64,000 nucleotides of DNA from assembly GCA_050250895.1 (NCBI GenBank), contig JBFWNU010000001.1:3616149-3680148 (forward strand), read 5' to 3'. The stretch comes from Vulcanimicrobiota bacterium. Its GTDB lineage: Bacteria > Vulcanimicrobiota > Xenobia > Xenobiales > JADMJV01. Below the pieces are notes generated by a model that saw nothing but the letters and a program-made list of their open reading frames with translations, made no database searches and was not told where the DNA came from. A program made the position numbers and the translations under genes. Positions 18,019 through 27,478 of the stretch are shown here, one piece after another. Positions within the stretch are counted from its first letter, which is position 1; each line of letters begins with the position of its first letter.

Positions 18019-18512
18019 ATGGATCGGGACATCGTAGTCATTGGTGGTTCCGCGGGAAGCCTGACGGCACTTCGCGCCTCCTTTCCGCCTTGAATCCCGA
18101 CTACCTCGGAATGATCGCCATCGTCACCCACACAGGCGACGAGCATCAGACTCTACTGCCCAATATCTTGGCGCGCCACTGCGTGCTGCCGGTAGTAGAG
18201 GCCACCGATGGCCTGGCGATCCAGGCCGGACGGGTCATGGTGGCTTCTCCGGGCCATCACTTGATGACTCGCTATCGTTGTCGTACCGGCCATGTTTTTA
18301 CCGAGTTGTCGTTGGCGATGGAGCAGGACGTGGCGGTCGAGAGTTCTCTTTGGGCCGCCTTACGAGGGCTGGAGGAGGGGGCTGACTTGGCCTTGCAAAT
18401 GAGCCAGCGGGCGTCCTTTCAAGGCACACCTCGGGCCGGAGAGGCCCACCTGCGCCACCACGAGTTGACCGAGCACGCTCGCAATCTCAGAGCTGTGCTC
18501 GAACGACTTTAG
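18019..18512 (+). pseudogene. cheB: CheB-type methylesterase pseudogene (frameshift plus internal deletion)
   Basis: MDRDIVVIGGSAGSLTAL, then a frameshift near 18075 into IAIVTH...LPNILAR...PGHHL fused directly to the C-terminal RYRCRTGH...ESSLWAALRGLEE; the catalytic Asp region is missing. Confidence 0.8.
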
Positions 18513-21367
18513 GTGGCCTGGGCCGGTTCGAGCCTCACCAACAGATGATAGGAATTCGCCACCGGTTGCTTGTGCACTTTGACTTGATAGCCGGCCGATG
18601 GGCTCGCTTGGGTGGTATTCCAGGTGAAGCTGAAGTCGCTGTCGTTTGAGCAGCGTTCGGCCAATCGAGAGGCCAGCTCCGAGGCCGCTCCCCAATCGGC
18701 GAGCCGCCAGGGCGAGTCGCCACTTCGGGCTGGCCGAGGTGCGAACTCACGAAAGAATGCAGAGTTGTATTCCAGAATCCGCTGGCCATCGTCGACCACC
18801 AGCAAGGGAGACGTGACCTGTTCGAGCAGCCACTGATTCAACTGATGCCGTTCCTCGGCCAACCGCGTGGCCTTTGTCTTCTCGTCAACATCCACAAAGG
18901 CGATGACCACTCCGTCGATGCGGGCGTCCTCGGTCCGGTAGGGCCGGATCTGGATAGAATAGAGCCGCCCCTGATTGTCTGTCTGTTCGAAGCTGAAAGG
19001 CATCAAGGACTCGGTCACCTGCTCGATGTGGTGCTCTAGTTCGAGTAGTTCAAGGTTGGGACGGACCTGGTTGAAGGGGCGCCCCACGTCACCCGGAATG
19101 AGATTGAGTAGCACGCGGGCAGTAGGCGTAAAGCGGCGAATGACCTGGTTGGAATCGAGAATGACTACCGGGACATCCACACTGGTGAGAATGTTGTTCA
19201 GATCGCCATTGACCCGATGCAATTCGAGGTTGCGTTCGTGAAGCTCTTCGTTGATCGTCGCCAATTCTTCATTGGTAGATTGCAGCTCTTCCTTGGCTGT
19301 TTCGAGTTCTTCGTTCGCGCTTTGCAGCTCTTCGTTGGCCGACTGGGTTTCTTCGTTGGCGGCCTTGAGTTCTTCGTTGGCGGTCTCTCGTTCTTGAATG
19401 ATGGAACTTAGATACTCTCGTGTGGCTAGCAGTTCGTCACGCAGATAGAGGACCTCGCTCTCCTCCTTGGGTAAGGGGAGCGCCGGATCCGGCGGGCCAG
19501 ACAAGCCAGCCTGGGGGCGGGCCTCTTCAAAAAGGATAAGCAGATATTCTTCGCGGGAGTCAAACAGCCGAATGGGCAACACCTGCAGGTTGAGATGGCG
19601 AAAGCCACCGTTGGAGCGAACCTGAATCTCGGGGATGCAGACCGGTGACTGACTTTCGCGGGCTCGGGCTACCGCCTCGCGCAAGGGCCCGAGCAAGCCT
19701 TCGCGGGCCATCTTCAAGATGTCGTGAGTGGCTACCCCCGCTGCCGGTTCGAGATAAAGACCGGTGCGTCCCCGAAACTGAACCACTTCGAGATTGTCGT
19801 TGATGATCACTCCCGGAGGGGCATACCGCGCCAGGATCAGACGATCGGCCTGCTTTTGGACCTCGTAGCCATCGTCCCGTGATACGTTCTGAGTACTGAG
19901 AGGATAGAGACTGGGCGAGGCAGTCCGCGACGGCGCGTGCAGATCCATCAGCGGAGGGGTGGGCACTCCTTTGCGCCGATACACCTTCAGCTTCTTGTCG
20001 ACGGTGCTAAAGAGCGTCTCGCAGCGGGTGACGCTCTCGGATTTGCCCAATAGTAAATAGCCCCCCGGCCGGAGGGCGTAGTGCATACTCTCGAGAGCCC
20101 TACGTTGAAGAGTGGGTCCTAGATAGATCAACAGATTGCGGCAACTGATCAGGTCGAGATTGGGAAAGGGCGGGTCCCGGGTCACGTCTTGTCTGGCGAA
20201 GACGCACATGTCGCGCACGGTTTTGCTGATCTGATAACCCTTCGGCGTCTTCATGAAATAGCGGCGATAGCATTCAGGCAGGTTCTCGACCACGGCATCT
20301 GGATATCGACCGGCCCTGGCCTTGACCAGGGAAGACTCGTTGAGGTCAGTGGCAAAGATTTGCATCCAGGCTGTCTGCCGTCGTTCTCGCAAGATTTCGA
20401 GCAGCACGATAGCCAGAGAGTAGGCCTCGTCACCGCGCGAGCAGCCCGCCACCCAGATTCTCAGCGAGTCGGTTGCTCGACTCTCGAGCCAACGCGGCAA
20501 GATATCTTGGCGCAGCCCATCGAAGACATCCTGGTCGCGGAAGAGTTCGGTCACGTCGACCAGGAGTTCTTCGTAGAGGACGGGCACCTCCGAGGGATCG
20601 CTGCGGAGCAGTTCGTAATACTCTTCAAACGAACTGGCTTGACGCATCAACAGGCGCTTGATCAAGCGACGGCGGATGGTGGTGGCTTTGTAGCCCGAAA
20701 AGTCTACTCCGGCGGCGCGGGCCACAAACCGAAAGATATCGGCCAGCACCTTGGGATCGTTGGCGAATTCGTCATTTTGGGGATCGCAACTGGAGAGGGG
20801 ATGACCCGCCAGGCGGGCTACCTCGGCGGCCAGTTCGAGGGGCGTGAGGGCCAGATCCACGTAGCCGGTCGCGAGGGCATGGCGGGGCATCTCGGTGAAC
20901 TGGGCGCTGCCTTCGTGCTGTACCAAGACGATGCCGCCTTCGGCGTGAACCCCGGCAATGGCCTCGCTGCCGTCGCTGCCCGCGCCGGACAGTAGGATGA
21001 TGATGGTTCGGCTGCCAAAGGCGCCAGACAGGTTGCGAAAGAGGTCGTCCATGGCACTGGCCGTTGGGGGTGGAGCCACCGGCTCGAAGAGGTTATCGCC
21101 GTCAATCTGCAGGCTCAGGCCCTCGGGCACCACCAGGACGAGCCCTGGCTCGAGTTGGCACGATTCTGAGGCTAACTCGATTCGTTGCTGAACCTGTTGG
21201 CTCAACCGAGCGCGCAGTTCGTCACTGGATAGACCTCGAGAAGCCACCACATAGCACACATTCAAATCAGGATCGACGTGGCGGAGAAACTCGACCAGGG
21301 GCTCGCTGCCCCCCTCGGCCAGACCGACACCTACCACCAGGGGAGTGGCGGTCGGCTCGTTTTGCAT
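18509..21367 (-). CDS. CheB-CheR-PAS fusion protein (degenerate CheB, no kinase domain)
   Basis: LSGAGSDG, GVDFSGYK..TI.RR, RIWVAGCS.GDEAYSLAI, IFATD, DPPF..LDLISCRNLLIY, ANEELQS coiled coil, PAS IRRFTP..GDVGRP. Confidence 0.92.
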   Translation of the reverse strand: MQNEPTATPLVVGVGLAEGGSEPLVEFLRHVDPDLNVCYVVASRGLSSDELRARLSQQVQQRIELASESCQLEPGLVLVVPEGLSLQIDGDNLFEPVAPPPTASAMDDLFRNLSGAFGSRTIIILLSGAGSDGSEAIAGVHAEGGIVLVQHEGSAQFTEMPRHALATGYVDLALTPLELAAEVARLAGHPLSSCDPQNDEFANDPKVLADIFRFVARAAGVDFSGYKATTIRRRLIKRLLMRQASSFEEYYELLRSDPSEVPVLYEELLVDVTELFRDQDVFDGLRQDILPRWLESRATDSLRIWVAGCSRGDEAYSLAIVLLEILRERRQTAWMQIFATDLNESSLVKARAGRYPDAVVENLPECYRRYFMKTPKGYQISKTVRDMCVFARQDVTRDPPFPNLDLISCRNLLIYLGPTLQRRALESMHYALRPGGYLLLGKSESVTRCETLFSTVDKKLKVYRRKGVPTPPLMDLHAPSRTASPSLYPLSTQNVSRDDGYEVQKQADRLILARYAPPGVIINDNLEVVQFRGRTGLYLEPAAGVATHDILKMAREGLLGPLREAVARARESQSPVCIPEIQVRSNGGFRHLNLQVLPIRLFDSREEYLLILFEEARPQAGLSGPPDPALPLPKEESEVLYLRDELLATREYLSSIIQERETANEELKAANEETQSANEELQSANEELETAKEELQSTNEELATINEELHERNLELHRVNGDLNNILTSVDVPVVILDSNQVIRRFTPTARVLLNLIPGDVGRPFNQVRPNLELLELEHHIEQVTESLMPFSFEQTDNQGRLYSIQIRPYRTEDARIDGVVIAFVDVDEKTKATRLAEERHQLNQWLLEQVTSPLLVVDDGQRILEYNSAFFREFAPRPARSGDSPWRLADWGAASELASRLAERCSNDSDFSFTWNTTQASPSAGYQVKVHKQPVANSYHLLVRLEPAQAT

Positions 21368-21422
21368 ACACCATCATTAGCCGCGGGTTTGGAAGCACCT
21401 CTTTGGAGGGAAATCTTCCAAT

Positions 21423-24008
21423 ATGGTGCGAAACCAGACCTCTGATTTCACCCTGTCGGTGGCGCTGGCGGTCTCTCCTACTGCTGTCGAGCCTCTGCTG
21501 ACACTACTTCGGCGCTGGCCCGTCGACAACAGGGTCCAACTTCTGCTCCATGGTCTCCCCTGGGATCCCGAACCCAGCACTCCCTGGCCGGTACGCTACC
21601 TGAACGCGCCGGTCCGACCCCTCGGGGGACACCTTTACCTGGCCCATCCCGAACAGCCAGTTCGGTTCGAGAACGGCGTGACGCTCATGTTGGGCGAACC
21701 GGTGGGAATGCCGGTCGACACCCTGTTCGCTTCTCTGCCGGGCCGTCAGACGTTGGCCTGCGTCATTGGCGATCTCGGCATCGATGGCCACGAGGGCCTC
21801 AAAGCTTTACGCCGTCGAGGCGGGGTGATCGTCGCCTGCGATGGCGGCAAGAGAGTCCATCCCGCCATCCGACAACTGGTGGATCGGATGATCTCCATCG
21901 AGCAGCTACCGGGCCTGCTCCAACAACTTCTCTTCGAGAAGGAGAGCACCGAGGATATGGCCAGAGTGCGGGCAGCCGGGCCGTGTTCGACCGTGGTCGC
22001 GGACGATCTGTTCGGTCGCGTTTTGTGGCGTCGGCGAGCTCTGGCTGGCGGCCTTTCGGTTCCTGAATACATCGCTCTCTTGGAGGGCCCCTCCGAGCGT
22101 GAAGAGCTGAGTCTCGAGCTGGAACGGACACCGGGTCGGTTTTGGCGTCACCCCCAGCCACTCGAGCGACTCGCCTCGGTCTTGAAGGACCGGTTTGCCC
22201 GCCAGGGGCCCGGCGAGTTCCGGGCCTGGGTGCCGCAATGCCACACCGGTGAGGACGCCTACGCTGTGGCCACCATCCTTCGAGAAGCACTCGACCAGAC
22301 CGGACTGGCACAGGTCCCCTTACGGGTCTTCGGCACCGACCTTGATCCCCGGGACCTGACCCGAGCTCGAAGCGGACGCTTGGAGGTCGAGCCAGACCTG
22401 ATCGAACAGCTACAGGTGTGCTTGCCCCACCTGGAGGGGGGAGCGCAGGGATGGCGGCTGGGGGGGCGACTGAGGGAATCCTGTGTATTCTCGGTTCATC
22501 ACCTGCTCGACGATCCTCCCTTTCGGCACCTCGACCTGCTGGCTCTACCCGGGTTGGCGAGTTGCGGTGAGACCCTGCAAGCTTTGTTGTTGCCCCTATT
22601 GCGATGGGCTCTCAAGTCCGACGGGCTCTTGTTCACCGGTGAGGCCAGCCCGGCCGAACTGGAACAGTTCATCGCCGTAGACGGTCGGGCCGGAATCTAC
22701 CGACCGCTGAGTCGCGATCGGCGCATTTCCTCGGTTCTTCCCCTCAAGTGGACCAGGGTGACCGCTGGAGGTCCGATGGTGGATGGCTCGACCACCGAGC
22801 ACCTGGATTGGGCCATCGAAGAACTCACCAGCGCCCGGGACCGCCAGGCTCGTCTCGACGAGAGCCTTCAACTGAGAGTGGGGCAGCTCAGACAGACGCG
22901 CCAGGACCTGCTCGCGGCCAACCAGCAACTAAAGCGTGAAGCCGAAGAAAAAGACCGCTTCATCGCAACTTTGGCCCACGAATTGCGCAATCCCCTGGCG
23001 CCTATCGTGAACTGCTTGCATCTCCTGGCCGAGGGGCACATCGAGGACCAGACGGAGTTTGTCGATATGCTGGGTTCTCAGGCCCGTCACCTCTCGCGAC
23101 TGGTGGATGACCTGCTCGATGTCTCTCGCATGCAGAGGGGGATCTTGCCTGTCGAGCTCGAGCCCCTGGAGCTGCGCTCGCTGGTGATTGAGGCTGTCCG
23201 TCTCTGGACCCTCAGTGGCCGTCGGCGCGGACCGGTCAGGCTGCAGGTGACCGAAGAGGAGTTGCCCGTGTTGGCCGACCAGGAACGCATCAAGCAGGTT
23301 CTCTATAACTTGCTCAACAACTCGGCTTCGCATAGCCCCAGTGAAAAGCCGATTGTGGTTAGCTTGGAGATGGACGACCGCGAAGCGGTGCTGTCGGTGA
23401 TAGACTACGGAAGCGGTATCCCCCAGGCGATGATCGACAAGATCTTCGAACCGTTCGTGCAAGCCGAAAAAGGCCGCGACCGAGCGCTGGGAGGACTGGG
23501 AATCGGCTTGTCGTTGGTCAAAGCCATCGTCGAGCGCCACCAGGGAACCATCGCTGCCGAAAGCCCTGGCGAAGGTCTGGGGACCACCATGACCTTGCGT
23601 CTGCCGGTCCGCGACTTCAGCCTGCCCCAAAAGCAAGAGCAAGAGGTCGTTGTCGGCCATCGGACGCACCGGGTGTTGCTGGTCGAGGACAACCCGATCG
23701 TGGCCCGTTCTACCATCATGATGCTTCGATCTTGGGGCCACGAGGTTTGTCACGCCCGCGATGGGGAAAGCGCGTTGGTCCGAGCCAGAGAGTTTCTTCC
23801 GACCGCTGCTATTCTCGATATCGGCTTGCCAGGCCGAGATGGCTATCAAGTCCTCGAGGATCTGTTGACCATCGATGATGTCGAGTTCGAGACGACGGTG
23901 GCCTTGAGCGGCTATGAGGCCAGAAGCGATCCACGCTGCCAACTGTTCGACCATTACATGACCAAGCCCGCCAAGCTGGAAGTGTTGCGCGCGATCCTGG
24001 CGCGTTAG
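21423..24008 (+). CDS. Hybrid sensor: degenerate CheB/CheR - histidine kinase - receiver
   Basis: RAWVPQCHTGEDAY, VFGTDLD, DDPPFRHLDL; H-box LAHELRNPLAPI, NLLNNS, DYGSGI, IFEPF.Q, GLGIGL; REC LLVEDN, LDIGLPGRDG, KP. Confidence 0.92.
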   Translation: MVRNQTSDFTLSVALAVSPTAVEPLLTLLRRWPVDNRVQLLLHGLPWDPEPSTPWPVRYLNAPVRPLGGHLYLAHPEQPVRFENGVTLMLGEPVGMPVDTLFASLPGRQTLACVIGDLGIDGHEGLKALRRRGGVIVACDGGKRVHPAIRQLVDRMISIEQLPGLLQQLLFEKESTEDMARVRAAGPCSTVVADDLFGRVLWRRRALAGGLSVPEYIALLEGPSEREELSLELERTPGRFWRHPQPLERLASVLKDRFARQGPGEFRAWVPQCHTGEDAYAVATILREALDQTGLAQVPLRVFGTDLDPRDLTRARSGRLEVEPDLIEQLQVCLPHLEGGAQGWRLGGRLRESCVFSVHHLLDDPPFRHLDLLALPGLASCGETLQALLLPLLRWALKSDGLLFTGEASPAELEQFIAVDGRAGIYRPLSRDRRISSVLPLKWTRVTAGGPMVDGSTTEHLDWAIEELTSARDRQARLDESLQLRVGQLRQTRQDLLAANQQLKREAEEKDRFIATLAHELRNPLAPIVNCLHLLAEGHIEDQTEFVDMLGSQARHLSRLVDDLLDVSRMQRGILPVELEPLELRSLVIEAVRLWTLSGRRRGPVRLQVTEEELPVLADQERIKQVLYNLLNNSASHSPSEKPIVVSLEMDDREAVLSVIDYGSGIPQAMIDKIFEPFVQAEKGRDRALGGLGIGLSLVKAIVERHQGTIAAESPGEGLGTTMTLRLPVRDFSLPQKQEQEVVVGHRTHRVLLVEDNPIVARSTIMMLRSWGHEVCHARDGESALVRAREFLPTAAILDIGLPGRDGYQVLEDLLTIDDVEFETTVALSGYEARSDPRCQLFDHYMTKPAKLEVLRAILAR

Positions 24009-24035
24009 GTAGTGGCCGAATGACCATCCTCCCCC

Positions 24036-24092
24036 GGATGGGCACCTCGCACCCCTCGGGCGGGCGCTTGACTCTGAGAGGCGGGCTATGGT
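24036..24092 (+). promoter_or_regulatory. Putative regulon promoter (GGAT-N11-ACCC + TATGGT -10)
   Basis: Box 24036-24054, -10 24087-24092, gap 32 bp. Confidence 0.65.
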
Positions 24093-24138
24093 GGTGAGAG
24101 TACGACCTCAGCGTCGAAACCACTAAGGAGAAAACATC

Positions 24139-24534
24139 ATGAAATCTAACCCTCAAACCGAAACCCGTTGGGACAAGGTGCGCGAAGGATTCCGTCGCGA
24201 CTGGGAGCAGACCCGCAACGACTTTGGCTCGGACCGGGCCCGGGACCTGGACCAGGATGTCAGCGACACGATGCGCCAAGCGTTCGGTAACGAGCCGATC
24301 CCGAAAGACGCGACTTTCGAACGCTACGAGCCAGCTTTTCGCTACGGACACGAAGCTCGTTCTCGCTACAACGAGGACTGGACTCCCGCAATTGGCAACC
24401 GACTCGAGCGCGACTATCAGGGCGATTGGCAGACCGACAGATCATACGTGAAGTACGGCTATCTCTACGGCCAGGGCAACCGCGGTCAGGCTGAAGCCAT
24501 GCGTGGTCAGGGTCAATCCCGTCCTCGGAGCTAG
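24139..24534 (+). CDS. Hypothetical hydrophilic stress-type protein
   Basis: TAAGGAG RBS; WDKVREGFRRDWEQT...PAFRYG; followed by a terminator. Confidence 0.75.
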   Translation: MKSNPQTETRWDKVREGFRRDWEQTRNDFGSDRARDLDQDVSDTMRQAFGNEPIPKDATFERYEPAFRYGHEARSRYNEDWTPAIGNRLERDYQGDWQTDRSYVKYGYLYGQGNRGQAEAMRGQGQSRPRS

Positions 24535-24565
24535 GAATTATCGCAAACCCGATAGATACATTCGT

Positions 24566-24594
24566 AGGGGCCCTCCGCCTGGGGGGCCCTTTCT
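24566..24594 (+). terminator. Putative Rho-independent terminator between convergent genes
   Basis: GGGCCCTCC-GCCT-GGGGGGCCC followed by TTTCT. Confidence 0.6.
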
Positions 24595-24604
24595 CGTCGT
24601 TCGT

Positions 24605-26026
24605 CTAGAGCACGAGATCGGTCAAGCAGTTGCTCCATTCGAGAAGGCACGAGGGGAAGAGCCCGAGCAACAGGGTCGCCAGCGTGCAGGCCCCACAGGC
24701 CAATTGATGACCAATCCCCGTGTGGATGGGTATCGGCAGAGTCGGCTGGTCGGTCAGATAGACTCGGGACAGCACCCGCAGGTAGTAATACAGGCCGATG
24801 GCCATGTTGATGACGGCTACCACAGCCAGGCTGTCGTAGCCGCCGGCCATGGCCGCCCGCAACAGAAAGACCTTGCCGGCGAAGCCAGCCAGAGGGGGGA
24901 TGCCAGCCAGCGAAAGCAGAGCGATGGCCAGCACGGCGGCCGCTGCCGGGCTGTTCCAGGCCGCGCCCTCGAGGACTTCGAGGTCAGCCTTGCCGAAGCA
25001 TCGTTCCCAGCGCCCGACAATTGCAAAGGCAGCCAGGTTCATGAGTAGATAGGCGCCCAGATAGTAGCCCACGGCCTGGTTGTCGAGCACGACCACCCCC
25101 ATCAGGATATAGCCGGCCTGGGCGATGCTCGAATAGGCGAGCAGCCGTTTGAGGCTGGTCTGTCGCAAAGCTGCCAGATTGCCCCAGGTCATGGTCAGGC
25201 CGGCCATGACCGCCAGGGCCACTGGCCAGCCGGGCTGGTGGCGCAGAGCTAGTTCGAGAAACCGTATCAGTCCGGCAAAGCCAGCCAGTTTCGGCAGCAC
25301 CGACAGAAATCCGGCTACGGGAGCAGTAGCGCCAGCATAGACATCCGGCGCCCAGAAGTGAAACGGCACCAGGGTGGCTTCGAAGGCATAGCCGACCGTC
25401 ACCAGAGCTACGGCCAGCACCACCCAGATCGGTTCGATTTGTCCGGCCCAGAGAACGGTCCCGATGGTGACCAGATTGAGGCTGCCGGTCAGACCATAGA
25501 GGAAGGTCAACCCGTAGGCCATAATGGCCAGCGCCACGGCCGAGTAGATGAACAACTTGTAGGTAGCCTCGTTGCCGGCCCGACTAGTGCGCTCCAGGGC
25601 CACCATAAGATAAGACGCCATCGCTAATAGCTGAAGGAAGAGGACAATCAGGCCGAGGTCCACGCTGGCCGCCAGTCCGACCCCGCCAAGAGTGGCCATG
25701 ACCAGAGCCACCGGTGCGTGCGGGTGCGGGTGGCGGCCCGAGAAGTACGAATCCATCAGAGCCAGCGAAATCAAGGCCGCGCCGGTGAGTAACACCTTGA
25801 ATCCAATGGCTAGCCCGTCGACGGCATAGGTTCCGCAGAACACCTGTCGCGAAGGCTGGCCCACCATGACCAGGCTGGTCGCCATGGCCGCCGTCAAACC
25901 CGCGGCTGCGACCCAGGTGGGCAAAGCCCGTCTCTGCTTGGTCCAACCGGCTAGCGGTACCAGCATCAGGGCGGTGGTGGCCAGAATCAATTCGGGCACG
26001 ATGGTGCCCAGGTTCATACAGCTCAT
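24605..26026 (-). CDS. nuoN: NADH-quinone oxidoreductase subunit N-like antiporter subunit
   Basis: IVPELIL, VPFHFWAPDVY.GA, LPKLAGF, KRLLAYSSIAQAGY, LAGIPPLAGFAGK, YYYLRV; ATG 26026 overlaps the nuoM stop. Confidence 0.93.
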   Translation of the reverse strand: MSCMNLGTIVPELILATTALMLVPLAGWTKQRRALPTWVAAAGLTAAMATSLVMVGQPSRQVFCGTYAVDGLAIGFKVLLTGAALISLALMDSYFSGRHPHPHAPVALVMATLGGVGLAASVDLGLIVLFLQLLAMASYLMVALERTSRAGNEATYKLFIYSAVALAIMAYGLTFLYGLTGSLNLVTIGTVLWAGQIEPIWVVLAVALVTVGYAFEATLVPFHFWAPDVYAGATAPVAGFLSVLPKLAGFAGLIRFLELALRHQPGWPVALAVMAGLTMTWGNLAALRQTSLKRLLAYSSIAQAGYILMGVVVLDNQAVGYYLGAYLLMNLAAFAIVGRWERCFGKADLEVLEGAAWNSPAAAAVLAIALLSLAGIPPLAGFAGKVFLLRAAMAGGYDSLAVVAVINMAIGLYYYLRVLSRVYLTDQPTLPIPIHTGIGHQLACGACTLATLLLGLFPSCLLEWSNCLTDLVL

Positions 26027-27465
26027 CCGCCAGCCCCGCCGATCAGGCCCAGCCAGGTGGCCGGAAGCAGTCCGATCCAGAGTGAGAGAAGCAGTAGCGG
26101 AGCCAGGGTGGCCCACTCCAGGGGCCGGGGCGCGGCGATGGCTCTTTCCGACTCGGGTTCCTGCAAAAGCAGGGTGACTACCACCTTCAGGTATAGACCG
26201 GTGGCCAGCAACAGGCCCAGGGCGCCCAGGCAGGCCGCTGCGGGATTGACGGCCAGGGTGGCTGCCAGCACCTGGAACTCGGCAATGAATCCTGACAGGC
26301 CGGGCAGGCCAAGCGAACCAAAGGCGAGCAAAGCGGTCAGGCCTCCCCAGCCCGAGCGTCCCCGCAGAAGACCGGCCAGCTCGGACAATTCGCGGGTGCC
26401 GGTGCGCTCTCTTAGCATGCCCACCAAAAAGAACATGCCTCCCGTCAAAAGGCCATGGCTGAAGGTCTGCAGGACAGCCCCGTTGCGAGCCAGGGTCTGC
26501 ACCGCCGGGTCGGGGCTCAAAGCGGCTGCCGAAACTCCCATCAAGACGAAGGCCATATGCCCGATCGAGCTATAGGCTACCAGGCGTTTGAGGTCGGTCT
26601 GTCCCAGGGCCGCCAGAATGCCGTAGAGTAGAGACCCCACGCTCAGATACAGCAGGGCCAGGGCCCAGCTTCGCAAAGCCGCGGCCACCGTGGGCAAGAT
26701 CACCAGCATGCCGTAGGCCCCCAGCTTGAGTTGCAAGCCGGCCAGCACCACGCTGCCTTCGGTCGGAGCCTCGACGTGAGCGTCGGGCAACCAGTTATGA
26801 AGAGGTAGGATGGGCAGCTTCACACCAAATCCCACCATCAATCCGAGCAACACCACAGCGGCTCTGGCGGGGTGGTCAGCCAGGGGTTGAGCCGCCACGA
26901 TGGCGTCAAGCGAAAAGCTGCCCACCGGCAGCGCCAGGGCGAGCAACGAGAGTAGCATGGCCAGACTGCCGGCTCTGGTGTAGAGAAAGAACTTCAGGGC
27001 CGCATAGCGTCGCTGGCTGTGTCCGAAGATGCCGATGACGAAGTACATCGGCACCAGGGCCACCTCGAAGAAGAGATAGAACAGCAGCAGGTCGCGGGCA
27101 CAAAAGACGCCGAGTAGACCGGTTTCCATCAAGAGGAAGAGAGCAGCGTGGGTGCGAGCCCGCTCCGGTTGGCGGTCCAGTCTATAATTGATGACCAGCA
27201 CCATTAATAACGTGGTGAGCAGGACCAGGGCCAGGGAGATGCCCGACAGGGCCACATCGTAACGCGCCCCCACGGCCGGGATCCATTCGAGGGTCTGGCG
27301 CCACTGCAGACCCTGACCTCGGGTCTGGTACCCTCCCAGGAGGATCAGGCTCAGAGCGGCTGTCAGGACGGTGCCCAGCAGGGCGAGCCACCGGGCCGCA
27401 CGCTCCGGAAAGGCGAGCACCAGCAGGGCCGCCAGCAGCGGCAGAAAGATCGTCAGACTCAACAT
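26023..27465 (-). CDS. nuoM: NADH-quinone oxidoreductase subunit M-like
   Basis: DLLLFYLFFEVALVPMYF, ALKFFLYT, VKLP..PLHNWLPDAHVEAPT, DLKRLVAYSSIGHM, GLPGLSGFIAEF. Confidence 0.95.
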   Translation of the reverse strand: MLSLTIFLPLLAALLVLAFPERAARWLALLGTVLTAALSLILLGGYQTRGQGLQWRQTLEWIPAVGARYDVALSGISLALVLLTTLLMVLVINYRLDRQPERARTHAALFLLMETGLLGVFCARDLLLFYLFFEVALVPMYFVIGIFGHSQRRYAALKFFLYTRAGSLAMLLSLLALALPVGSFSLDAIVAAQPLADHPARAAVVLLGLMVGFGVKLPILPLHNWLPDAHVEAPTEGSVVLAGLQLKLGAYGMLVILPTVAAALRSWALALLYLSVGSLLYGILAALGQTDLKRLVAYSSIGHMAFVLMGVSAAALSPDPAVQTLARNGAVLQTFSHGLLTGGMFFLVGMLRERTGTRELSELAGLLRGRSGWGGLTALLAFGSLGLPGLSGFIAEFQVLAATLAVNPAAACLGALGLLLATGLYLKVVVTLLLQEPESERAIAAPRPLEWATLAPLLLLSLWIGLLPATWLGLIGGAGG

Positions 27466-27478
27466 CGATAAACTCCTC

